From IMG/VR virus record IMGVR_UViG_3300006736_000004, positions 1 to 64,000 of that record: a DNA stretch of 64,000 nt. One strand, given 5' to 3'. The stretch comes from a virus. Position numbers and translations under genes: made by a program. This document shows, one piece after another, positions 17,843-25,614 of this stretch. The first letter of the stretch is position 1, and each line of letters opens with the position of its first letter. The notes under the pieces are model-generated. The model ran no database searches. It saw only the letters and a list, made by a program, of their open reading frames with translations, and had not been told where the DNA came from.

Positions 17843-18031
17843 TCATTTGGTCTCTCCGTTGCGTTTGAAAAATGTCCAGAAAGCAATCGCGCCGGGAGTG
17901 TGATGTGTCCACTTTCTACTTTTCAGCAAATGCCACATTCGGTTAATGGCGCGGAGCGTATATTCGTGGTCTCGCCCCTCTGCCTTCATCCTGGCGGCCT
18001 CAGTGTAGATTTTGTCAATAGAGAGTTTCAT
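17843..18031 (-). CDS. Hypothetical protein (62 aa)
   Basis: MKLSIDKIY start behind an AAGGGA RBS. Only this end of the 418-aa track ORF looks real. Confidence 0.5.
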   Translation of the reverse strand: MKLSIDKIYTEAARMKAEGRDHEYTLRAINRMWHLLKSRKWTHHTPGAIAFWTFFKRNGETK

Positions 18032-18050
18032 GGTATTTCCCTTCAATAAT

Positions 18051-18161
18051 TTAATTCGTGATGAAGACGCCGAAGCCACGGTGGGCATACATGATGGCGT
18101 CGGGGGACTTGGAAATGACGACAGGGGCGTAAGAACGTCCGGGGTTGATTCGCTTTTGCAT
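18051..18161 (-). CDS. Hypothetical 36-aa peptide
   Basis: MQKRINPGRSYAPVVISKSPDAIMYAHRGFGVFITN behind ACGGAGAGACCAAATG and promoter copy 3. Confidence 0.45.
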   Translation of the reverse strand: MQKRINPGRSYAPVVISKSPDAIMYAHRGFGVFITN

Positions 18162-18189
18162 TTGGTCTCTCCGTCGTTTTGTTGTTGAA

Positions 18190-18229
18190 TGATGTTGACC
18201 ACAATAAACAAACTCCATGGGGAGGTCAA
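18190..18229 (-). promoter_or_regulatory. Repeated sigma70-like promoter, copy 3
   Basis: TTGACC-17 nt-TATTGT followed by GGTCAACATCA. Confidence 0.7.
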
Positions 18230-18364
18230 GGGAAAAATGATGGTAAAGTGGTTTGTCCTCTTTTTCGTGGTCGGCGGCTTGGCGGTCATCCTCTTTTCAG
18301 ACAACCCAACCTTGATTAACCCGTGGCCGAGTCCAAAGGCGCACCATGACAAAGCATACTGACC

Positions 18365-19036
18365 ATGAGCATCTATAGCCTCGAAAAGAAAGTCGCGTTC
18401 ATTCACATCCCGAAAAACGCCGGGACCAGCATCCGGGCCAATCTCAAAAAGGCGGTGCCGGACTTCCGCGACTTCGACGCCATTGATGAAGCGCACCGCA
18501 AGGTCCGCAACCAAGCCTTCGCCAACCACTTCCCATATTGGAAAATCCAAGAGCTTTTGCGCGAGACCAATTCCGACATTCCTTTCGAGGGTATGAAGGT
18601 CTTTATGGTGGTCCGCAATCCGTGGGCGCGGATGCTGTCCTTGTACCGCCACCGGCTCCGCAAGTTGGATTGGCATTACGAGGGCAAGGAACGCAACACA
18701 GAGCTTGATAAGAAAGTTTGCCGAGCGGGCTTCGTGCCTTGGCTCACCCAAACCCCGCATGAGGGGGACAGCGTCTTGACCCGGACGGCTCAACTTGAAT
18801 GGGGAATCAACCTCAACGGCAAGATAGGCGTTGACAAGATTCTCATGATGGAAAAGCTGACGAAGCTCTATGCCGACACGCTTGGCCCTTGGGACATCAC
18901 CGTGCCGCCGTTGGGGCGGTCCAACCAAGGCGATGGCGTGTCGAAGGATTACCGAAGGCACTACACCCAAGAGGCGAGGAACCATATCGAAAGGTGGTTT
19001 GGGCCAGACATTGAGGCGTTCAATTATGAATTTTGA
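18365..19036 (+). CDS. Sulfotransferase family 2
   Basis: 5'-PSB motif FIHIPKNAGTSI and 3'-PB motif VVRNPWARMLSLY, C-terminal DIEAFNYEF. Confidence 0.85.
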   Translation: MSIYSLEKKVAFIHIPKNAGTSIRANLKKAVPDFRDFDAIDEAHRKVRNQAFANHFPYWKIQELLRETNSDIPFEGMKVFMVVRNPWARMLSLYRHRLRKLDWHYEGKERNTELDKKVCRAGFVPWLTQTPHEGDSVLTRTAQLEWGINLNGKIGVDKILMMEKLTKLYADTLGPWDITVPPLGRSNQGDGVSKDYRRHYTQEARNHIERWFGPDIEAFNYEF

Positions 19037-20030
19037 ATTTCCTGACATTGCCGACTTCCCCGAAAACGAAGCCCCTTGTTTCCCGGAGGAAATTGACACG
19101 GACCACTTGTTCCGCGATCAATATAAATTCAAGGACGATTCGAGGGAGTTGGCAACGCTCATGACCGAAGCGATGGGCTTGGGCGAAGACCACATCAAAA
19201 TCCAACGCAAGCAGATCAACCGGATTGTTGATGCGGCGCGAAACTATTTCAGCTTGAAGCTAAACAAGCGCCGGGACGACCTTGCTGATAGTCGGGCATA
19301 TAAGAACCTTGTCCAAGACGGCATCCATGCCATCCAAGCCGATACGACGGAACTTTTGGGGATGTTCAAAGAGCGAGCGAGGGTGTTGGAGAAGCGAGAG
19401 CGCAAGACCGGCTTGACCGATTACGACCGCGCTCAAATCGACAACTCCCCGACAACGCTGAAAGCGATCTATAAGTTGCTCGACCGGAACGGCTTGCTTG
19501 AGGCCGGAACCAAGTACCGTGGCGGGAGCCAATTGTCAGTCCGGTCCGCGACCCTCCATGTCGCCAAGCCGGGGGACCGCCATCATTACCAGCAATTCCG
19601 CGATTGTGAAACTTCAACCAAGCTGCTCAATCTGCATTTCGATCCGAAGCCGGGGATCATGAAGGCAATCATCTATCTTGGGGAGGTCGAGGCTCACGAC
19701 GGGCCGTTTAACTGGATCAAGGGTTCGCACCGTTGGAACTATGGCGAAATGGAGCGGGTCTTCGCTTGGGGAAATAGCATCGGCAATTACTGCCACACCC
19801 CGGATCACCGGATTGTCGCCAACGCCTTCCCGAAGCGGTTTCGGGGCAATGCCATCGTCGGTCGGTTGATCCCGGACGGAACTAGGGAAAGCCGGGTTCT
19901 TTTAAGTATGCTTCACCCATACCTTTCCGACGAGGCCAATGTCATGTTCTTTGACCCGACCTTCGGGCTGCATTGCGGCGGTAATCCGACAAGCGGGACG
20001 AGAACCAACCTACAAGTGGTGATGCGATGA
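19026..20030 (+). CDS. 2OG-Fe(II) dioxygenase (PhyH-like)
   Basis: LHFD, IIYLGEV...DGPF..IKGSH, distal LHCGG and RTNLQ. Confidence 0.75.
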   Translation: MNFEFPDIADFPENEAPCFPEEIDTDHLFRDQYKFKDDSRELATLMTEAMGLGEDHIKIQRKQINRIVDAARNYFSLKLNKRRDDLADSRAYKNLVQDGIHAIQADTTELLGMFKERARVLEKRERKTGLTDYDRAQIDNSPTTLKAIYKLLDRNGLLEAGTKYRGGSQLSVRSATLHVAKPGDRHHYQQFRDCETSTKLLNLHFDPKPGIMKAIIYLGEVEAHDGPFNWIKGSHRWNYGEMERVFAWGNSIGNYCHTPDHRIVANAFPKRFRGNAIVGRLIPDGTRESRVLLSMLHPYLSDEANVMFFDPTFGLHCGGNPTSGTRTNLQVVMR

Positions 20031-20734
20031 GACTTTCAGACGCAGTCCTCAAGCGGCGGGTCTTCAACCAAGCCGTAAATGACGCGCTACAAGCCAAGAC
20101 GATTATGGGTGCCTTGGGTCCATATATCGACAAGAACCGCCTCACCGTGGACGTGGGGGGCGCTACGGGCCACTTTACCCACTACTTTGCGCCCCGGTCC
20201 CGTCATGTCCATGCTTTCGAGGCTGTCCCGGAAGTTTGGATGCAATTACGGAAAAAGGGAGACGAGTTTGTCAACGTGACGGCGCACAACAAAGCGGTCG
20301 GTGACGTGTTCGGCAAGTCGGAGTTCTTTGTCGATGACAAGCGGCTCTCCAATTCTGGCTACCAAGACCTTGTCGGCGGGCCGAAGATTACCGTCGATTC
20401 AATCACGCTTGACCGCTTCTTTCGAGACGAGGGGCAAATCGGATTCATCAAGATTGATGTCGAGGGGACAGAAAAGAACGTCCTCGTCGGGGCGCGGGAG
20501 ATCATTCAACGGGACCGCCCGAATCTGCTTGTCGAGATTTACGAGCCATTCTGCAATTGCCCGGTGAGCGCGATCTTCGCATGGCTCATGGTAGAAGGCT
20601 ATCTGTGCTATTATTATGACCATCCCAATCTTGTCCGGGTGCCTTCCATAGTGGCCGGGGTCGATGCCGTAATGACCAAACACAAAATCCATGACGGTGA
20701 CTTCCTTTTCGTGAACGGGGAAAATGATGGGTAG
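20027..20734 (+). CDS. FkbM-family methyltransferase
   Basis: VDVGGATG, HAFEA, ITLD and FIKIDVEG.E..VL.GA motifs. Confidence 0.85.
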   Translation: MRLSDAVLKRRVFNQAVNDALQAKTIMGALGPYIDKNRLTVDVGGATGHFTHYFAPRSRHVHAFEAVPEVWMQLRKKGDEFVNVTAHNKAVGDVFGKSEFFVDDKRLSNSGYQDLVGGPKITVDSITLDRFFRDEGQIGFIKIDVEGTEKNVLVGAREIIQRDRPNLLVEIYEPFCNCPVSAIFAWLMVEGYLCYYYDHPNLVRVPSIVAGVDAVMTKHKIHDGDFLFVNGENDG

Positions 20735-21326
20735 CACGACAGGCGAAAGACAGATTGGTAGCCAGCAAGAGGACATAGCGATCAACCACCGCGCCCGATA
20801 CGAGTGGGCGGCGAAGCTCTTGCGCCAGCACATCCCGGAGAAAAGCCATATCCTCGACGCCGCTTGCGGGTGCGGCTACGGGTCAGAGATATTGGCTCAA
20901 CACGGATTCTTGGTGACGGCTTACGATATGTCTGACGAGGCGGCGAAGTGGCAAAAGCAATTCGACCACCCGCACGTCAACTTCATCCAAGACGATGTCT
21001 TCGGGGCGGTCGAGTTCGGCCAGACATATGACGCCGTGGTCTCCATCGAAACGATTGAACACATCACGGATGCCCCAGCATGGATTAGCAAGCTCTTGAA
21101 GGCGTCCCCGCTTCTCGTTGGGACTGTCCCGAATGAACATACCACCCCGTTCAATCCCAACAAGCATCCGTTTCACCACCGGCACTACACGAAGGATCAA
21201 GTCCTTGGGTTGTTCAACGAGTGGGAGCTTTCAGATTGGGCAACCCAATATGCCAAATACAAGAACTATGAGATGCGCCCCGGCGATGATGGGATGACCC
21301 TTGGGTTTTTGGCGAGGCGAGGATGA
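20724..21326 (+). CDS. Class I SAM-dependent methyltransferase
   Basis: HRARY, ILDAACGCGYG, YDAVVSIETIEH and TVPN motifs. Confidence 0.85.
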   Translation: MMGSTTGERQIGSQQEDIAINHRARYEWAAKLLRQHIPEKSHILDAACGCGYGSEILAQHGFLVTAYDMSDEAAKWQKQFDHPHVNFIQDDVFGAVEFGQTYDAVVSIETIEHITDAPAWISKLLKASPLLVGTVPNEHTTPFNPNKHPFHHRHYTKDQVLGLFNEWELSDWATQYAKYKNYEMRPGDDGMTLGFLARRG

Positions 21327-21901
21327 TGGACGCCATAAAACTTGGGGCAAGCGTCATCCGTCAAGAGGCCAAGGGGCTTCAACGGCTCGCCGCCAAGCTC
21401 GACAAGCAGTTTGCCGAAGCGGTCTTGATCCTTGATTGCCAGGGCAAGATTGTTTTGACGGGCGTCGGCAAGTCCGGCCATGTCTGTCGGAAGGTCGCCG
21501 CCACGATGACGAGCTTGGGCCGACCGGCGATCTTCATTCATCCAACCGAAGCCGCGCATGGCGACATGGCATTGATAGACAGCCGGGACGCTTTGCTTGT
21601 TCTTTCGCGGTCGGGAATGGCGGACGAATTAAGGCCACTGTTGAAATTTGCGTCAGATCACGGTATTCCTACGGTATTGATTTCGGAGCATGACAAGACC
21701 GGCTTGGCCGTTTGGGTCAACACGGTGGTCAAGCTACCGAAGGTCGAGGAAGCATGGGGCCATGCGCCAACGACATCGACAACCATGCAAATGGCGGTCG
21801 GGGATGCGATAGCGGTAGCCTTGGCAAGTCGGCACGGTTGGACTGTGAGGGATTTTATCGAACATCATCCCGGCGGGGCGCTAGGGTCTGAAAAGAGGTA
21901 A
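21323..21901 (+). CDS. SIS-domain arabinose-5-phosphate isomerase (KdsD/KpsF-like, no CBS domains)
   Basis: TGVGKSGH..RKVAAT, HPTEAAHGD, APTTSTT and HPGGALG motifs. Confidence 0.9.
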   Translation: MMDAIKLGASVIRQEAKGLQRLAAKLDKQFAEAVLILDCQGKIVLTGVGKSGHVCRKVAATMTSLGRPAIFIHPTEAAHGDMALIDSRDALLVLSRSGMADELRPLLKFASDHGIPTVLISEHDKTGLAVWVNTVVKLPKVEEAWGHAPTTSTTMQMAVGDAIAVALASRHGWTVRDFIEHHPGGALGSEKR

Positions 21902-21904
21902 GGC

Positions 21905-22411
21905 ATGGCGATTACATTGGTTGTCGAGGACGGAACGGGCTTAACCAACGCCAACACCTATATCTCGTTGGCGGATGCTGACACATATTTCGAGAGTCAC
22001 GTTTACTCGTCCGGTTGGGATGCGGCGACGGACGCCAACAAGAACATCGCCTTGGCAATGGCGACCCGCTTGCTCGACGCTTATTTTATTTTTGAGGGAC
22101 GGAAGATTGGGGACAGCCAAGCACTTGAATTCCCCCGGTTCGACATCAGGGACCGCTCCGGTTTCTTGATTGTCTCGACAACGATCCCGCAAGCGTTAAA
22201 GGATGCGGTGGCGGAGTTCGCGCAATTCATGATTGCGTCGGATCGGACGGCGGACGCCTCTGGTCAAGGATTCAAGTTGCTCAAGGCCGGGAGTCTTACC
22301 ATGCAACCGGACCCCGGCGACAAGCCGCCGGTCATCCCGGACGTGGTCAAACAATTAATCAATTTTTTGGGTCGGCCCGCCGGGTCGATGTCGGTTCCGT
22401 CAACGAGGTAG
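21905..22411 (+). CDS. Head-tail adaptor
   Basis: LVVEDGTGLTNANTYIS and QALEFPR motifs, position after the head module. Confidence 0.8.
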   Translation: MAITLVVEDGTGLTNANTYISLADADTYFESHVYSSGWDAATDANKNIALAMATRLLDAYFIFEGRKIGDSQALEFPRFDIRDRSGFLIVSTTIPQALKDAVAEFAQFMIASDRTADASGQGFKLLKAGSLTMQPDPGDKPPVIPDVVKQLINFLGRPAGSMSVPSTR

Positions 22412-22547
22412 CGAATGGAAACAAGGCGGTTGACTCTTGAGGTCGATGGACAGGGAAACGTGAAGATAAGTCAAGATGATTTCACAGCGGCGGAAATGGC
22501 TTCTTTCGCCCTCATTGTTCACGATCTTGCAATAGGTGTTTTGAAAA

Positions 22548-22925
22548 ATGGGCCTCAACCAAGCCTTCAAATTAGCAGCCCAAGAGATAGTGACGGCATT
22601 CGGTGATGTCGGCGTCTCGACCAACTATGAAGCCGTAACTTCCACAAGCGCGAACACCTACAACACATCGACGGGCGTTGCCGCCGCCATATATTCGACA
22701 GTGGCCGGGGTGACGGTGATCTTCGATGTGTTTGAATTAAAGCAAATTGACGGCAAGATCATCCAGCCCGAAGACAAGAGAGCCTTGATCCCTGCAAAAT
22801 CTATTTCAGCGGTGACGCCTTCCGCCGAAGACCGGATTGTGGTCGCCGGGGTGCCTTGGCGTGTCGTCAACGTGAGGACCGACCCCGCCGAAGCCCTTTG
22901 GGAATTGCAAGTGAGGAAGTCCTGA
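22548..22925 (+). CDS. Head closure protein
   Basis: YNTSTG, IDG..IQPEDKR and WELQVRK motifs, neck-gene synteny. Confidence 0.65.
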   Translation: MGLNQAFKLAAQEIVTAFGDVGVSTNYEAVTSTSANTYNTSTGVAAAIYSTVAGVTVIFDVFELKQIDGKIIQPEDKRALIPAKSISAVTPSAEDRIVVAGVPWRVVNVRTDPAEALWELQVRKS

Positions 22926-23314
22926 TGGGTAACGCTCGACAATTCTCCGCAGACTTAGCGCGGTTTGCCGATAGGGTGGACTTGGCTCCGGCACGATTCC
23001 GGGCGCGGGTTACACTCGACATAAAGGCTACAATTGAAGCGATGGCTCCGGTTGACACGGGGAGGTTCCGGGGATCGTGGGCGGTCAGTGATGGCGCTCC
23101 GTCGTCCTTCGTCCCGCCGCCGGGGGATACGACATCCCTTGGCCCGGTTGAGGCGTCCTTCTCTGACCCTTTCGAGGTTTCGTTTGTGACGAGCAATCTT
23201 CCTTATACAATGGCGATTGAGTTCGGTCATTCCGGCCAAGCGCCGAAGGGCGTGGCGCGGGTCTCAATGGCCGAAGTCATAACCAAATTGGAGACCAAGT
23301 TCGGTGAGCTTTGA
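22925..23314 (+). CDS. HK97 gp10-like neck/tail-completion protein
   Basis: PVDTGRFRGSW and NLPY..IEFGHSGQAPKG motifs. Confidence 0.8.
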   Translation: MGNARQFSADLARFADRVDLAPARFRARVTLDIKATIEAMAPVDTGRFRGSWAVSDGAPSSFVPPPGDTTSLGPVEASFSDPFEVSFVTSNLPYTMAIEFGHSGQAPKGVARVSMAEVITKLETKFGEL

Positions 23315-23720
23315 AGACGAACGACACGCCATAGAGGCGCGATTTGCTGGTAGTTATACCTCGACGCAAGTCAAATATGAGAACGTCCCTTTCAAGCAAC
23401 CGGCGGCGACCTCTTGGGTTGCGCTCACGATTTTGTCTGGTGGTGGGAATGTAAATTCCATCGGGACAGGAATGTCTAGCAGATTGGAGCGTTTTAGTGG
23501 TATCATCCAAATTGACATCTTCACGGTCGAGGATGTCGGCACCAAGACGGCGCGGGATTTGGCCGACACGATTGCCGCCATTTTCGACGTTGTCGAGTTC
23601 AGTTTCGGAAGTTCCGGGACTATCGTGACCAGAGTACCGTCATTTCAGACGCTTGGCGTCGAGGACGGTTGGCTTCATTCGGTTGTGTCAGTGGCCTTCC
23701 AAAGAAGCAAGTTTTCTTAG
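23304..23720 (+). CDS. Tail terminator
   Basis: YENVPF..P and GIIQIDIF....G..ARDLAD motifs, synteny. Confidence 0.7.
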   Translation: MSFEDERHAIEARFAGSYTSTQVKYENVPFKQPAATSWVALTILSGGGNVNSIGTGMSSRLERFSGIIQIDIFTVEDVGTKTARDLADTIAAIFDVVEFSFGSSGTIVTRVPSFQTLGVEDGWLHSVVSVAFQRSKFS

Positions 23721-23741
23721 ACTTGATGATGGAGGTCAAAA

Positions 23742-24881
23742 ATGGCTTTTTCAGATGCCAATTCAGTCACAATCCGTTACGCGACGGAAGGGTCTTGGGG
23801 CGCGACAGTTGCGACCCCGGCGGTCACCCAACTCCGGGTCTTAAACGAAAGTTTTTCCCACGCCAAGGAAACTATCGTCTCAAATGAAATCGACTCCGGA
23901 CGCCAACGGACGGCGTTGCTTGAGGTTGCCGATAGTGCGGCGGGCGGCTTCGGCTTTGAGTTGATTTATGGTGAATATGAGACGTTTCTTGAGCAAGCCC
24001 TTCGCGGGACGATTTCAAGCGCCACTGTCACCATGACTTCGACTGTCGTTGTCGCGGCTTCGACCATCACCGGCCCTTCTGGCACCGACTTTGTCGCCAA
24101 TTTCGCGGTCGGCCAATGGGTCAAGGTCAAGACCACGGACGATATCGTGAAGATTTCCGCCTTGACCTCGACGCTTATGACCATCGTTGGGACCACGCTG
24201 ACCGCTTCGTCTTATTCGAGCGCGGCGATCACCGGGCGGACGCTGACCAACTCGACCACCAAAACCAGTTTCTTCATTGAAACGGATTTCGGGTCGGTGA
24301 ACGCGATCAAGTATCAAACCGGCATGAGGGTCAACACCGCCAATCTCACGGTCGCGGCTCAACAAATCGTTACCGGGACTTTCGAGTTTGTCGGGAAGCA
24401 GGGTTTCACGGCATCGACCACGGTTGCATCTTCGGTGGTTACGTCGGCGGGGACCAATACTCCGATGACGAGCGCCGCCAATGTGTCGCGCATTCTGCAT
24501 AATGATTCGGTCATTCAGTCTTCCATCAACTCGTTCTCCGTGGACATCAGCAACAACATGAGTCCGCGTCCCACGGTCGGATCGAAATTCTCTTCGGAGC
24601 CGGTCGATGGCGGTTTGGATGTGACCGGCAACATCAACTTGTTCTTTGATCGGATCGACTTTTATGACGATCTTATCAATCACACATCGTTCTCTTTGGA
24701 CTATGTGTTTCTTGACGCGGACGGCAATGCCGTGGTTGTCAGCTTGCCGGAGATTAAAGGAACGACGGGCGACCCATTGGCGGGCGGCAAGGATGAAGAT
24801 GTGTTCTTATCGTTGGATTTCCAGGCGATCAAAGACCCGACCTTGGCTTACACCATAAGGATCGACTTCTTACCAACATAA
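23742..24881 (+). CDS. Major tail tube protein with a Ser/Thr-rich insertion
   Basis: E.SWG, SNEI and VTGNINLFF motifs, located before the chaperone and tape measure genes. Confidence 0.8.
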   Translation: MAFSDANSVTIRYATEGSWGATVATPAVTQLRVLNESFSHAKETIVSNEIDSGRQRTALLEVADSAAGGFGFELIYGEYETFLEQALRGTISSATVTMTSTVVVAASTITGPSGTDFVANFAVGQWVKVKTTDDIVKISALTSTLMTIVGTTLTASSYSSAAITGRTLTNSTTKTSFFIETDFGSVNAIKYQTGMRVNTANLTVAAQQIVTGTFEFVGKQGFTASTTVASSVVTSAGTNTPMTSAANVSRILHNDSVIQSSINSFSVDISNNMSPRPTVGSKFSSEPVDGGLDVTGNINLFFDRIDFYDDLINHTSFSLDYVFLDADGNAVVVSLPEIKGTTGDPLAGGKDEDVFLSLDFQAIKDPTLAYTIRIDFLPT

Positions 24882-24898
24882 ACTTAAGGAGGACAGGG

Positions 24899-25294
24899 AT
24901 GGACATAGGCAAAGCTTTTGCAAATCCAGAGGCGGAAAACAAAGGGGTTTGGGTTGAGTATCGGGACGGGAGCAAGATCAAGATTGCCCGAATCGGGAGC
25001 CTCACCTTTACCAAGGCTTATGACGGCGCTCTTAAGCCCCATAGGCGTAAGCAGAGAGCCGGGACGATGGACACGGTGCTTGAGACCCGGATTCTTTGCG
25101 AAGTTGTCTCCAAGACGATTCTCTTGGATTGGGAGGGTTTCACGAATGAGGGCAAGGAATATAAATATTCTCGCAAGCGGGCCTATGACCTTCTTTGGAG
25201 AAACATCGACTTCCGGAACGAGATTGTCGAGCTGGCAACGGTCGAAGAGACGTTCCACAAGGACGAGCAAGAGGATTCGGAAAAAAACTCATAA
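24899..25294 (+). CDS. Tail assembly chaperone (G)
   Basis: GVWVEY..KIKIAR and ILLDWEG motifs, ends at a slippery site. Confidence 0.8.
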   Translation: MDIGKAFANPEAENKGVWVEYRDGSKIKIARIGSLTFTKAYDGALKPHRRKQRAGTMDTVLETRILCEVVSKTILLDWEGFTNEGKEYKYSRKRAYDLLWRNIDFRNEIVELATVEETFHKDEQEDSEKNS

Positions 25295-25614
25295 GCGTTC
25301 TTTCCTTCTATCTGGAATATTCAGAATCGCAAATTGCGTGGATGGAAGAACAGGACGAGCCACCCGGACCGTTAGCCCGACTGCAAGAAATCTATCCCGA
25401 TCTTGTCCCCGTTTGGGAGTGCTTTTGGTTCCTTCATCCAAGCCGACCAACCGGCATGGATGTCGGGGCAATCCCATTGTCGGAAATCGTGACTTATTGG
25501 AAAGAAGTTGGTTTGGTTTCGGACCAAGAGGACTTGAGGGAAAAAGTCCGCTTGGTCCGTGTCATGGATACGGAATTTTTGAACCATCATCGGAGCAAGC
25601 CTGATGCCGTTTGA
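25282..25614 (+). CDS. Tail chaperone GT extension via -1 programmed frameshift
   Basis: A AAA AAC in GAA AAA AAC TCA TAA. The -1 frame continues KKLISVL...LHPSRPTGM..GAIPLSEI to the tape measure start. Confidence 0.75.
   Translation, partial: KKLISVLSFYLEYSESQIAWMEEQDEPPGPLARLQEIYPDLVPVWECFWFLHPSRPTGMDVGAIPLSEIVTYWKEVGLVSDQEDLREKVRLVRVMDTEFLNHHRSKPDAV

Noticed and set aside
17826-17846. Six-codon ORF MNILTE behind the conserved RBS
   Set aside because: Too short to support. Probably the stub of a deleted gene before the terminator.
17843-19099. 418-aa minus-strand ORF
   Set aside because: Mostly antisense to the sulfotransferase and runs through a promoter. Only the last 62 codons have an RBS.
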